A stretch of DNA of 32,173 nucleotides from a virus. Its lineage: Duplodnaviria; Heunggongvirae; Uroviricota; Caudoviricetes. A model generated the notes under the pieces. That model made no database searches, was not told where the DNA came from, and saw nothing but the letters and a program-made list of their open reading frames with translations. This document shows positions 1-10,056 of this stretch, piece after piece (positions within the stretch are counted from its first letter, which is position 1; every line of letters begins with the position of its first letter). Position numbers and translations under genes: made by a program. The stretch is from the IMG/VR virus record IMGVR_UViG_2775506858_000003, positions 64,001-96,173 of that record; one strand, given 5' to 3'.

Positions 1-2
1 CT

Positions 3-887
3 GATACCGGTAATTTAACAGATGCAAATTTTGTGGCAAGTGCTGATGCAATCCGTAAAACAGGTTTGCAATATCGATACATCATTTGTGATTCTGCAAA
101 CACCGCTTTGTTAAATGCACTGTATTTGGCTGCAGTAGCCAATAATCGCAAAATGATTGCGGATGTACCTGGTAATTTAAAGCCTGGTGCTGCAATTATT
201 TGGAAAAATCAATTTAATTTTGATGCCCAAGATGCGATGTATACAGATTGGATTTGGACTCCAGTAAAGCGACAAGACCCAACACAAAAAAATGGGATTG
301 TTTTGTTATCTTCAGTTGGTCAAAAAGTAGGTTATTCGTGTGAGCGAAACGGACGTACAAATGGTTTTGGTTTGCCGCCATTACACCAACCAATTGCCGG
401 TAGTGACTTCCGTTTGACCGGTACCAATTTCACCCAAATTTATGAACCTGACAATGTCGAATTGGCTGATTTGGCTGAGGCTCGGATTAACCCATGTATC
501 TATCAAGAGTATCACAATGGCTCGGGTTGGGTTTGGTCTGATTCCTTATCTGGCACTGAAAAAACAGGTATCTCTAAGCTTTCCAGTGCGACTGAAATTG
601 TCATTTGGTTAATGCATTACTTTGGCCGTTACAGCAAATCGCATTTGCAAAAGCCGATGACTGAGCGCATTAAAAAGCAAAAAGAAGAAATGGAAAAAAT
701 CTTAACTTGGGCAGAGGCCTCAGGTTGGTTGGTTCCAAGTGTTTCGTTGGGTGGTGTTGCATTCACCTATGAAGTTGCACGCAATATTCGTTACCCCGAT
801 GACCGCATGGATTGGACTATGAACGTAAGTATTGAAGGTGTCGTTCGCCAAGTGGTTGGTTCAACCAATATGTACTCAGTAGATTAA
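3..887 (+). CDS. Contractile tail sheath protein (P1 gp22-like), 5'-truncated by the window
   Basis: Frame is open from position 3. C-terminal motifs PIAG, INP, SDSLS, ASGWLV and EGVVRQVVG resemble the P1 gp22 C-terminus. Confidence 0.8.
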   Translation, partial: DTGNLTDANFVASADAIRKTGLQYRYIICDSANTALLNALYLAAVANNRKMIADVPGNLKPGAAIIWKNQFNFDAQDAMYTDWIWTPVKRQDPTQKNGIVLLSSVGQKVGYSCERNGRTNGFGLPPLHQPIAGSDFRLTGTNFTQIYEPDNVELADLAEARINPCIYQEYHNGSGWVWSDSLSGTEKTGISKLSSATEIVIWLMHYFGRYSKSHLQKPMTERIKKQKEEMEKILTWAEASGWLVPSVSLGGVAFTYEVARNIRYPDDRMDWTMNVSIEGVVRQVVGSTNMYSVD

Positions 888-900
888 GAAGGAAAAGACA

Positions 901-1602
901 ATGTTTGGAAACAATATTGCGAACAGCATCATGCAAGCGACAAATGCATTGGCAGAACCAACACCCACACAATCTGCAACTTTTGACAGCGTGACTTATG
1001 ATTCAACAGATGCTCGTTCAACCTATGAATTGACCAATTTGCGTTTAAGTGTTGCTTCTGCAATTGCGGCTTGGGCTGAAACTGATGATTTAGATGATGG
1101 TGAAACGCTTTCTGACCGTCTCTATTATTTGATGTGGGGCATCATTGATATCGATAAAAACGGTGAAATTGATGCTGAAGAAGCCGATTTGATGGAAAAA
1201 GCCTATCAAATTGCTGCTGATTACTTGGTAGATAAAGGTGCCGAAGAAAGCGATATTGTCGCATTTTTGAATGATGACGATGATGACGCTGCTGAAAACA
1301 TTCAGGAGCTGTTACGTGGGTCATTACCTGATGGTGAAGAAGCTGAAACCGATGATTTGGAGGCCTTCGCGTTTGGTGAAGGTGATGGCTCGGAAGATAC
1401 GGCAATGGATGCGGTTTACAAGCGCAAAATTGCAGTTCGCAATGGCAAAAAGGTAATTGTTCGCAAGCGAATTGCTGGCAAAGTTCGATTATCGGCGGCA
1501 CAGAAAAAAGGCATCATGAAAATGCTGCGTAAATCTCACAATGGTAAGGCTCGATTGAAGCGTATGAAATCATTGCGTAAGCGTAAATCAATGGGTCTGT
1601 AA
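901..1602 (+). CDS. P1 gp21-like virion morphogenesis protein (acidic body, very basic C-terminus)
   Basis: AAGGA RBS. D/E-rich core followed by YKRKIAVRNGKKVIVRKR...RKRKSMGL. Lies directly after the sheath gene, as gene 21 does in P1. Confidence 0.65.
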   Translation: MFGNNIANSIMQATNALAEPTPTQSATFDSVTYDSTDARSTYELTNLRLSVASAIAAWAETDDLDDGETLSDRLYYLMWGIIDIDKNGEIDAEEADLMEKAYQIAADYLVDKGAEESDIVAFLNDDDDDAAENIQELLRGSLPDGEEAETDDLEAFAFGEGDGSEDTAMDAVYKRKIAVRNGKKVIVRKRIAGKVRLSAAQKKGIMKMLRKSHNGKARLKRMKSLRKRKSMGL

Positions 1603-1618
1603 GGCATAAGGAGCAATT

Positions 1619-2512
1619 GTGAGTTGGATTAATTCATTAGTCAGTGCAGGAATCGAGGTTCTTTCTAAGCAATTTACGCTTACATCGAATTGGGGCGGCC
1701 TGAATTCTCAACTAATCTGCACAATTGCTCCTTGTGATAAAAACGGAGCAGTAATAGGGGCGGGGGTTAGTGCCCCTTTTCTTGATGCAAATTTACAGCA
1801 GCAAATGAATTGGAGCTCACCTTTTGAAAACATTACCCCAGAGTCACAAAGCCCAACTTTAGCAGCTGCTCTCCAAAGCGGAATGATTGCGCAAACAGTT
1901 GAGTCATTAAGTGCTGCAGCAAGTGGTGGCGATGAAGCTAAGTCAGGTTTCATGTCAAAATTGTCTGAGTTTTTGCAACAGGGTGAAGGCAGAACAGGCA
2001 TAACAAAGCTTAATTCAACACAGGTATTTACGGGCAATGAGCCACTCAAATTTGATGGAACACTGGCGTTTCGTGCGTATGCTGACCCATTAAGCGAAGT
2101 GACGCAGCCTATCACTGCGCTTTGGAAAATGGCCATGCCTAAAAGTTTGGCTGATGGAGATACCATTGCCAACAATGCAGTAAACGTAGCCCAAATGGCT
2201 ACAGGTTGGGTTACAGGCAATACTAGCAGCTCTGATATTAATACCATAGTCAAAGCGATATTCCCATCAGAGGCACCAGGATACGTAGCTCTACAATATC
2301 GCGGTAAAACATATGCTCCGATGGTCATTGAAAGTATTTCACAGCCTTTGGTTAATCCAACCAGTGCATTAGGTGATGTATATGCAACGGTACAAATTAG
2401 CTTGGGAACACACCGAAGTTGGGATGCAAAAGACATTGAAAATAGTGGTCAGAGTGCACTAGGTAGACTTGTAAGCGATACCGTGAGCGCTGTTTCCAGT
2501 TTATTTAAATGA
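1619..2512 (+). CDS. P1 PmgG-like tube-fold baseplate/tail protein
   Basis: GTG start with AAGGAG RBS. QMNWSSPF and LNSTQVFTG..PLKF....FRAYADPLSEV resemble PmgG. Syntenic with P1 22-21-pmgG-bplB. Confidence 0.65.
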   Translation: MSWINSLVSAGIEVLSKQFTLTSNWGGLNSQLICTIAPCDKNGAVIGAGVSAPFLDANLQQQMNWSSPFENITPESQSPTLAAALQSGMIAQTVESLSAAASGGDEAKSGFMSKLSEFLQQGEGRTGITKLNSTQVFTGNEPLKFDGTLAFRAYADPLSEVTQPITALWKMAMPKSLADGDTIANNAVNVAQMATGWVTGNTSSSDINTIVKAIFPSEAPGYVALQYRGKTYAPMVIESISQPLVNPTSALGDVYATVQISLGTHRSWDAKDIENSGQSALGRLVSDTVSAVSSLFK

Positions 2513-2524
2513 AAGCGATGACCA

Positions 2525-3022
2525 ATGTACAACCCAACAGGCCAAAAGAAAATTGTTGAAGCTGCCGCTGCTATTGGTGTTCCTGCCATTGCAGCAGAAC
2601 ACACTATGGTGATTCGAGGTTTAGAAGACTATCAATACTTGCTTCAATCCTTTGCCATACCAAATAACACTCCTGAAGAAAATATTTTGTATTACTTGCC
2701 TGGTGGCATTGAACAGGCGACACAGCAAATTGCTAAGGTGCATCAACAACATCCAATTAGCTTCCGTGAAACAACGGCAGGCAGCATCATTGATTTGTTG
2801 GAATACTTGACCGACGAACGCAATGTAACGAGCCGTCGTGAATTTACATTTGACCTGTATCGCGGTACTCCTGAATTGCATACGCGAAAATGGACAGGCC
2901 ATAATGCTTTCTTGTTTGGTATTGAAGCCACGGAATTTGACTATGAAGACCGCACTACGTTGGTGAAACCCACAGGTCAAATCTCATACAACTTCTACAA
3001 ATCGAATAAAGGCAGTATGTAA
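2525..3022 (+). CDS. Tail tube protein (P1 BplB-like)
   Basis: 165 aa. ETTAGSII and EFDYEDRTTLVKPTGQISYNF parallel BplB motifs. Synteny supports the call. Confidence 0.7.
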   Translation: MYNPTGQKKIVEAAAAIGVPAIAAEHTMVIRGLEDYQYLLQSFAIPNNTPEENILYYLPGGIEQATQQIAKVHQQHPISFRETTAGSIIDLLEYLTDERNVTSRREFTFDLYRGTPELHTRKWTGHNAFLFGIEATEFDYEDRTTLVKPTGQISYNFYKSNKGSM

Positions 3023-3024
3023 CC

Positions 3025-3444
3025 ATGGCAGAGAAAACCATTACAACTTTGGTGGCTGAATACATCGATGCACGTGTAATGAATTTTCTTGATGAATCCA
3101 AGCTGACGGCCTTATTTATTGAGGCCGCAGCAGAAGTGTATGGTTGGGGCGATTTGAATAATCATAACCGCCATTATCAAGCTGATTCAAATGGGTGCAT
3201 GGAACTCGTTGCAGAAAGCATTGCAATTACTGCTGACTTTAAACTTGATGAATCTGATTGTGCCATTATTCTGCCATTTGCCCATTTAAAGGCTGAGAAA
3301 GAAACTGCATTATTGCTTGAAGCCAGTAAAAACCATGGATTAGAGCAACATGGGCGACAGAGTGCTGAAATTGAGTTGGAAATCAGCAATTACCGTGAGA
3401 TGTTGCATAAAAAAACATTTTACGTAGAGCCAATTACGATTTAA
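3025..3444 (+). CDS. Hypothetical virion morphogenesis protein
   Basis: 139 aa ORF tightly packed in the tail operon. No family recognised with confidence. Confidence 0.7.
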   Translation: MAEKTITTLVAEYIDARVMNFLDESKLTALFIEAAAEVYGWGDLNNHNRHYQADSNGCMELVAESIAITADFKLDESDCAIILPFAHLKAEKETALLLEASKNHGLEQHGRQSAEIELEISNYREMLHKKTFYVEPITI

Positions 3445-3454
3445 AGAGGTTTCA

Positions 3455-4318
3455 ATGTCAATTTATCAGCCAAGCGTGTTTTCAGGCCTTGCTCAAGCCG
3501 GTAGTGGCATTTTAGGCAGTGTTGGCAGTGGTTTGGCCGGTGCCCTAGGTAGTGCTGTTTCTGGTGCGCTTGGCGGTGGTGTGGTTGGTTCACTTGCAAG
3601 TGGTGCCATTAACTATGGTGCCAATCTTGCAATTGGTAAGGTCGCGCAAAACATCAATAACCTTGGTTTTGAAGCAGACCAAAGCCTGGAACGATTTTTA
3701 TCAACGAATCTAACAGATTTGGGGTTAGGTGCTTATGGCTCAAGTAATGCTGATAGTAATGCTTTGCTATTTGCCGGCGGCCTGTCTCTTAAAGAAATGC
3801 GCCAAATAATTGAATTGGCCGATGGCAAAAATCTATCCCATAGTAATTTCTTCTTGCTTGAAGTAAGTGACCCATATGGTAGTGATGCTACAGAAGGCCT
3901 ACAACCACATTTAAGCAAGTTCAATCTATTTACCCAAACTTTGGATTTAAACCCAATAGAGACCACTGGAGACCCCATACAGATTGGTTCTGCAACATTG
4001 AACATACCAACTCAATCTGGATTGACCGAAATGAACTTGACGGTGCTTGATGACCGTTTTGGAACCATAAAGCGATGGGCAAAACAGAAGCAAGCCATGA
4101 GCACCCCATCTGATGGTAGCGTAATGCCGGCTGTGTATCGTACTTTTTCCGTAAGAATCATTTATGGTACCAATAAAGCCTATGATGATTTTTACAATGA
4201 GCGTTACACCATGGAGTTGGCTGGCACCCAAGTTCAGTTAAGTAGAACTGAACAAGGTTTGGAGAATATTTCTATTCGTTTAATACAAGAATCAACATTT
4301 ATGCCCACGAGATATTAA
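3455..4318 (+). CDS. P1 Tub-like tube-initiator/baseplate protein with Gly/Ser-rich N-terminal extension
   Basis: AGAGG RBS. IQIGSATLNIPT, MNLTVLDD and SDGSV...FSVRIIY resemble P1 Tub. Confidence 0.6.
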   Translation: MSIYQPSVFSGLAQAGSGILGSVGSGLAGALGSAVSGALGGGVVGSLASGAINYGANLAIGKVAQNINNLGFEADQSLERFLSTNLTDLGLGAYGSSNADSNALLFAGGLSLKEMRQIIELADGKNLSHSNFFLLEVSDPYGSDATEGLQPHLSKFNLFTQTLDLNPIETTGDPIQIGSATLNIPTQSGLTEMNLTVLDDRFGTIKRWAKQKQAMSTPSDGSVMPAVYRTFSVRIIYGTNKAYDDFYNERYTMELAGTQVQLSRTEQGLENISIRLIQESTFMPTRY

Positions 4319-4320
4319 TC

Positions 4321-4614
4321 ATGGTGACAATTAATACAAATTTTGTTATGGGGCAAATCGAACATTGGCTTGGAACACTTACAAACGGATATTTGGGTTC
4401 AAATTACGGGATTGATTTGTACGAGAAATTGCAAAAACCAATGTCAGAGTTTGATGGTGATTCAATTATTCGGAAAATGCGGCAAGATATACCATTACTT
4501 CAGGCAATCAGTAGTGATTCACTGAACATTTATTTTCAACGAGCCTCTTTTGATTGTGTGAAATTTTATGTGCAAGTAAATGGAATGGCGCGAGAGTTTG
4601 AAATCAAAGTCTAG
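4321..4614 (+). CDS. Small baseplate wedge protein (gp25/PmgA-like)
   Basis: 97 aa with HWLGT..NGYLGSNYG motif, immediately before the BplA-like gene. Confidence 0.6.
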   Translation: MVTINTNFVMGQIEHWLGTLTNGYLGSNYGIDLYEKLQKPMSEFDGDSIIRKMRQDIPLLQAISSDSLNIYFQRASFDCVKFYVQVNGMAREFEIKV

Positions 4615-4681
4615 GGAACACGGAAAAATACAGGCCGCCGGCCAAAGATAATGATGCTCAACAAAGGTTGGGCATTTTTTC
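4614..4681 (+). promoter_or_regulatory. Putative late promoter and hairpin leader, copy 1
   Basis: GGGAAC 4614-4619, 27 nt, GATAAT 4647-4652, 29 nt with hairpin ATGCTCAAC/GTTGGGCAT and T-run, ATG 4682. Confidence 0.7.
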
Positions 4682-6094
4682 ATGGCTTACACAAAAGACG
4701 AACTATACAACGAAGCACTTAATGAGCTGAGCAATGTTGAGGCTCTGGCTGAGCGCGTGCAAATCGGTGATGTGACTATTACACAGCCGATTGCAGCAAT
4801 TGCTCAAATGCTGGCTATGCTTTCCATGCAAACTGATTTGGGTTTGTCGGAATATTGGACACGTGCGCGTGATTCTTTTGTATTGGCTGATGCTGCTGCA
4901 CGTCAGATTCTGCCATTCGGTTCTGCCAAAGTATTCAAAATTGCAGTACGCAATGATTCAACTGCACCGCTTACTTTGCTTGCCGGTCGACGATTATTAG
5001 ACCAACGCTCACGTTTATGGGTGGTGCGTGAAGGTGTGATTGTGCCTGCTGGTGGTACAGCAACATTAACGGCCACTCAATACAATGAGTATGAATTTAC
5101 ACATACCGTAACAGAATCAAAATCATTCTATTGGATTGCAATACCGGAGCCAGAAGCGAATCAATCCCTTATTTCAATGCAAGTCATTAAGGCTGCAACT
5201 GGAGATGAATTCGTACACACTGAAAAATTCAACAATATTGAATTGGACTCGCTTGTTTATCATGTGATGGGTGATGAAAAGCTGAACATGTACATTCAGT
5301 TTGGGCACATGGGCAAATTTGGCTATACACCCACCATTGGTGAACAAATTACCATCAAAACGCGCCAATCGTATACTAATTTCACCATCGATATCGGCTC
5401 TCAGTTCAGCCTTGAGTATTCAGGTGAAAAAGAAGAATTTTTAAGCTTCTTTGCTAATGAAGAATTACAAGCTGGTGGTGGGGCTGCGTCAATCAGTGAA
5501 CTGCGCGAACTTGTCAAATTCCCATATTTGTATGATGAAAATGCTGTGTATTTAGGTGAGTTTACGCAATTAATTCAGCGAAAAATGCGGCCATTTGTGT
5601 TTTTGGCAGTATGGAATGAAGCAGTTGAAGAAAGCGTTCGTGGTGCCAATGTAAACAACATCAATACATTGTTTGTTTCATTACTGAAATCCAACACCAC
5701 TATGGCATTGGCTCAGGCTGAAATTACAAAAATCATTCAACAGGCCGACGACAGCTACAAAATAAAATTTGTTGGAGCGAAAGAAGTACAGGTTTCGTTT
5801 AATGTTTCAATTTGGCTTTCTCCATTACATGATTCTGTTGCTGTTTCCCAGAAAATCAAGCTTTGGGTCATTGAAAACTTTGGTCGAAATTCAACCTGGG
5901 CACGCCGTGGCCGACAACGCATCAATATTTCTGATACTACTGACAAGCTCAAAGCAGCGGTACCAGAACTGAGCGATGGTAAGAGTGATGTAGTCATCAA
6001 TGTGGTAGACCCGAATGTCAATCTACCAGAAGCATTTCGATATGTGTCAGATACATCATTGAAAATCACCACAATTGGCTTGGTATTGGATTAA
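4682..6094 (+). CDS. bplA: Baseplate wedge protein (P1 BplA / gpJ-like)
   Basis: 470 aa. RARDSFVLADAA, YDENAVYLGEF, WNEAVEE...NVNNINTLFVS and FGRNS match the BplA pattern. Confidence 0.75.
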   Translation: MAYTKDELYNEALNELSNVEALAERVQIGDVTITQPIAAIAQMLAMLSMQTDLGLSEYWTRARDSFVLADAAARQILPFGSAKVFKIAVRNDSTAPLTLLAGRRLLDQRSRLWVVREGVIVPAGGTATLTATQYNEYEFTHTVTESKSFYWIAIPEPEANQSLISMQVIKAATGDEFVHTEKFNNIELDSLVYHVMGDEKLNMYIQFGHMGKFGYTPTIGEQITIKTRQSYTNFTIDIGSQFSLEYSGEKEEFLSFFANEELQAGGGAASISELRELVKFPYLYDENAVYLGEFTQLIQRKMRPFVFLAVWNEAVEESVRGANVNNINTLFVSLLKSNTTMALAQAEITKIIQQADDSYKIKFVGAKEVQVSFNVSIWLSPLHDSVAVSQKIKLWVIENFGRNSTWARRGRQRINISDTTDKLKAAVPELSDGKSDVVINVVDPNVNLPEAFRYVSDTSLKITTIGLVLD

Positions 6095-6098
6095 TACC

Positions 6099-6728
6099 AT
6101 GTACGAATTGTTGCCTTTAAAAAACTCCCATACTGCCAATCAAGTTGAAGCTGAGTTAAATGAGCTCGTAATCTTGCTTTATCAAAAGCTACTGTATGAA
6201 CGAGCACATGATGCAAATGTATCAGGTTTGCCGTTTTTGGGCTCATATGAGCTGGTTACCAATAGTTTGGTGGCTGGTAATGTGGCTTCGTTTGATACGT
6301 CATCAATTTCAGATGCCGATATGCGCTATCTGTTACTTGCATACAAATATCGGAACGGTAAGCGAGGCATTCATTTTTTAAGAACATTCTTGAAATGCGT
6401 GTGGGGTGGTGACTTTGAAGTCAATCAGCTTTGGCAACACAAGGCCAAAACCTACCCATTAGAGCAGAAAACCCGTACTCAAATTACGGAAGAAAGTCTC
6501 AATATTGATGACTATTTTTTAACTTCACGTCTACGTATTTCACTCATTGCAGAAGTAGCGCAGGAATTTCCCATGGATGTTGCGCAAATGCTTAGAAACA
6601 CACTTCCTGCACGGCTTTTTATTGCCGAAATATCACAAGAGCAAAAATCTCAAGGAAACATTTTTTTTGCAACACATGCAGTGGCTTATTCGGTGGTGTT
6701 TGAAGCAACCGATTTTGTACCGCTCTAG
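6099..6728 (+). CDS. Baseplate protein (P1 gp16 / gpI-like)
   Basis: ATG 6099 follows the BplA stop. FLTSRLRISL and LRNTLPARLF resemble gp16. Lies between the wedge and fibre genes. Confidence 0.65.
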   Translation: MYELLPLKNSHTANQVEAELNELVILLYQKLLYERAHDANVSGLPFLGSYELVTNSLVAGNVASFDTSSISDADMRYLLLAYKYRNGKRGIHFLRTFLKCVWGGDFEVNQLWQHKAKTYPLEQKTRTQITEESLNIDDYFLTSRLRISLIAEVAQEFPMDVAQMLRNTLPARLFIAEISQEQKSQGNIFFATHAVAYSVVFEATDFVPL

Positions 6729-6736
6729 GATTGATT

Positions 6737-9700
6737 ATGGCCGACAAAAAGTTACTCTTTCAAATTACACCAGATGGATACCAAGCAATTTTAAATAATG
6801 AGCCTGATAACAATGGTTTCAAAGTCAAACTCACAAATGCACAAGTAATAGATACAGCAAATGTGAATCGTGGTTCTTTTGCGACTTCAGGCCGCTTAAT
6901 TGGCAGTGACCAAATTACTTTACGTGTAAAAATTGCAGACAGTGTAAATACATATAGCGTTAAAGAATTACGCCTTGTGGATGGCTATGGCGGTAAAGTT
7001 TTCGGCCGAATTTATCGCGAAGATGGTTCCGCAATTGATGTCATCAATCCTGCAAAATTTGCTGTGATTATTGCCAATATCAAGCTTTCTGCTGTTCCGA
7101 ATGGTTCAGTCACCATTATTGATAGCAGTGAATCGGATGCGACATTGGCGGGTGCTTTGGATGGTCATATTGCGTCACCAGCAGCACATAAATGGAGCGC
7201 AATCACTGATAAGCCAAACTTGAATACAGGTAATGGTTTGAATGGTGGGGGAAGCTTAAATAATCCACTGACGATTCAATTATCAACACCAAGCACAATT
7301 ACTGCTACTAGCACGAACACAGCAACTGCCAATACATCTGCTGGTCATAGTCATGCAATTGATAAGGCAACAACAGCGATTGCTGGTATTGTGCAGCTCA
7401 ATAATACCCTGACAAGTACTTCTGCAAGCCTTGCGCTAACAGCAGCTCAAGGTAAGGTCTTGGAGGATGGAAAAGTTCCATACACTGGTGCCACAAAAAG
7501 TGTTGATTTAAACGGTAAAGATTTTACTAATACCGGTTCTATTAAGCTAGGCAATGGTAGCAACAACGCTACGCAATACATTTACTTGGGAAATCACGGA
7601 TTATCTACAGGGAATGGTAACTACTCGTTAATCCAAAATGGTAATTTCGTTGCTTCTGGTAAATTCATAGGCTTGTCGAATTATGGCGTGGATGGCAATC
7701 ACATTTCATCAATTTTTTCTGATGAAAGTAATGCGTATGTGCGTATAGGTGCGACAAATTACACACTTGCATTACAGAAAACCAAAGTTAATGCTGGTAA
7801 TGGTTTAGATGGAGGCGGTGATTCTTCAGCAGACCGGACAATTACATTAGGCACTCCAAGCACCATTACAGCCTCAAGCACCAATAATGTTTCTGCAATC
7901 AGTCATACACATGCGATTGATAAAGCTTCTACAACAACTGCTGGTGTCGTTCAACTTAATAATACGTTGACAAGCACATCCACAGGGCTAGCTTTAACAG
8001 CAGCACAAGGCAAAGCCTTGGAGGATAAAAAGGCAAATTGGGGTACAACGGCTAGTGATTACAAGATTGGTGATGTGTATACCAAATCCGAAATTAATCC
8101 TTTAAACATTAATGACACAACCACAAACACTGTTAACTCAAACGGTCATACTCACTTTGTGCCAAATGCGGCAATTGGTACCCGTGGATTGGTTGCTTTA
8201 AATGATACTGTTGGAACGTATTCATTGACAGATGCACCTACAATGACCCGACATACCAGAGATACTTACAAAATACCTGGTACTTCTGCAAATTTAGATG
8301 ATGCTTCATTGCAGCCACTGGCTTTATATAATTTCACTGCAGGAGATGGTGTTTCTTCATTTGCTGGTTTTGGTTATGTACGAACAGCAATGTACAGTAC
8401 AGAATCGCAAATGACACAGACGCTTACACCCTATGTTAATAGTGTTGCACCAAAAATGTGGGTGCGTCAAAAATATGGTGGAAACTGGTCACAATGGGGG
8501 CGCATAGATGGCGCAGACTTTGGAGCTGCGGTAGGTGAAACAGGTTACATTTATAACAAACCAACTACATTAGCCGGATATGGCATCACCGATGCTATTA
8601 ATGTAGTGAATGGGTATGGCCGAAATTCATTAACGGTGGGAAACAGTCAGTATCCAGCATTCAGGCTGGAGCCTACAACCGGTGCATACAGTATGATTAT
8701 GGAATGCAGTGGAACCCAGGGTTACATTGCAATCCGCCCACGTGGTAGTTCTGGCTCTGCAACTTCTCAAACTTTGTATAATTTTCCGTCAAGAAATTCT
8801 GGTTCAGAAAATTTGGCTTTAGACGTTGCTACTACAGACCAATTGTTTGTTAAGAAAAATCTTTACTTAGAAGATTTAAATGATATCCGTACTTTTGGCT
8901 CATACGGCCAAACAACAAATGTCAATGCAACTAATGCACCTAATTACCCATACAACGAAGCTGGCTCTTTACTTGTATTGCCAAGTGCCTACGGAGCAAT
9001 GCAGTTTTATGTGACATTGACTGGAAAATTAGCGATGCGTAATGCCAGTTCAGCTAGCGCATGGAGTTCATGGAGAACTTACACGACTCTATCTGACTAC
9101 AGCATTACCGACGGAGTCACAACCAATACTCAACAAGCAATTTCTGGTGTGAAAACTTTCAGCGACACAACAGGATTTTCAAGTACAAAATTGGTAGGCT
9201 TTTCTTCATGGCAAGACGCAGTGCGTCTAAGTGGCACATTGCCAGTCATCAGCACTGGTTCATTCGGTATAGGGTTTCATGCGCCAAACCGCACGATTTA
9301 CTTAATAGACATTGAAAACCAAAGTTACTTAGCCACATTCAATTTTGCTGATGGTAAAGCAACCTTTACGGGAGCACTCAATGCGGCTGGAGGTCTGTTC
9401 AAAGGTACGGTTGAGGCTGCATATTCAAATGTACAAATTCAAGCGGGAACAGGTTTAACTGGTGGTGGCACATTAGCTACCACAAGAGCCTTAAACATTG
9501 ATAAAGCGTCAGCAGCTCAGCTGACTGCGGGCACATTAGACAAGGTATTAACCGCAGACATTGCAAAGCCAGCATTAGATGCCAAAGCCAACAGTGCCAT
9601 CACTATGACTGCTGGTATTGGTTTAACAGGAGGCGGCAATTTAGCAGCTAATCGTACTTTTTCCGTGGAAAAAGCTACAGCTGCTCAGTTGACAGTTGGT

Positions 9701-10036
9701 ACTGCAAATAAAGTTGTCACAACTGATGTACTTGCGCCGTTCTTAAACAAAGCATATGTGGATGTGACAAGTTCAAGAAGCCTTGGTGTGACATACACAA
9801 ACAACACCGGTTACGAAATATCAGTTCATGTAGATGGCCGTGTAGACGGCGGTGCGTCAGCTGCAGTGGCATATGTGAATGGTGTAGTTGTGAATCGATT
9901 ACACACGATTTCTCAAAATGGTATTTCCATTATCGGTACTTTTTCTTTTGTCGTGCCAACCGGTGGGACGTATCAAGTTACTGGTATGGGTGTAGCTCAC
10001 TCATCTTCGCCATATAAATGGGTTGAATACCGCTAG
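6737..10036 (+). CDS. Tail fibre protein
   Basis: ~1100 aa, T/A/G-rich. Contains GIVQLNN..TS...ALTAAQGK fibre repeats, AGTGLTGGG repeats, PTTLAGYGITDA, and knob-like segments ending W..W. Confidence 0.9.
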   Translation: MADKKLLFQITPDGYQAILNNEPDNNGFKVKLTNAQVIDTANVNRGSFATSGRLIGSDQITLRVKIADSVNTYSVKELRLVDGYGGKVFGRIYREDGSAIDVINPAKFAVIIANIKLSAVPNGSVTIIDSSESDATLAGALDGHIASPAAHKWSAITDKPNLNTGNGLNGGGSLNNPLTIQLSTPSTITATSTNTATANTSAGHSHAIDKATTAIAGIVQLNNTLTSTSASLALTAAQGKVLEDGKVPYTGATKSVDLNGKDFTNTGSIKLGNGSNNATQYIYLGNHGLSTGNGNYSLIQNGNFVASGKFIGLSNYGVDGNHISSIFSDESNAYVRIGATNYTLALQKTKVNAGNGLDGGGDSSADRTITLGTPSTITASSTNNVSAISHTHAIDKASTTTAGVVQLNNTLTSTSTGLALTAAQGKALEDKKANWGTTASDYKIGDVYTKSEINPLNINDTTTNTVNSNGHTHFVPNAAIGTRGLVALNDTVGTYSLTDAPTMTRHTRDTYKIPGTSANLDDASLQPLALYNFTAGDGVSSFAGFGYVRTAMYSTESQMTQTLTPYVNSVAPKMWVRQKYGGNWSQWGRIDGADFGAAVGETGYIYNKPTTLAGYGITDAINVVNGYGRNSLTVGNSQYPAFRLEPTTGAYSMIMECSGTQGYIAIRPRGSSGSATSQTLYNFPSRNSGSENLALDVATTDQLFVKKNLYLEDLNDIRTFGSYGQTTNVNATNAPNYPYNEAGSLLVLPSAYGAMQFYVTLTGKLAMRNASSASAWSSWRTYTTLSDYSITDGVTTNTQQAISGVKTFSDTTGFSSTKLVGFSSWQDAVRLSGTLPVISTGSFGIGFHAPNRTIYLIDIENQSYLATFNFADGKATFTGALNAAGGLFKGTVEAAYSNVQIQAGTGLTGGGTLATTRALNIDKASAAQLTAGTLDKVLTADIAKPALDAKANSAITMTAGIGLTGGGNLAANRTFSVEKATAAQLTVGTANKVVTTDVLAPFLNKAYVDVTSSRSLGVTYTNNTGYEISVHVDGRVDGGASAAVAYVNGVVVNRLHTISQNGISIIGTFSFVVPTGGTYQVTGMGVAHSSSPYKWVEYR
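7223..8026 (+). repeat. Two diverged ~80-aa fibre repeats (7223-7468, 7790-8026)
   Basis: NxGNGLxGGG...TPSTIT...HxHAIDKA...GxVQLNNTLTSTS..LALTAAQGKxLED occurs twice. Confidence 0.85.
9437..9751 (+). repeat. Two ~50-aa fibre repeats (9437-9586, 9605-9751)
   Basis: AGxGLTGGGxLAxxR....KAxAAQLTxGT..KVxTxD occurs twice. Confidence 0.8.
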
Positions 10037-10056
10037 TTTTTTAGAAAGATTGTAAG

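Noticed and set aside
2404-2443. GGGAAC...GAAAAT inside the PmgG-like gene as an internal promoter for the tube gene
   Set aside because: The distance to the next ATG does not fit the 29-30 nt pattern and there is no leader hairpin, so it may be chance.
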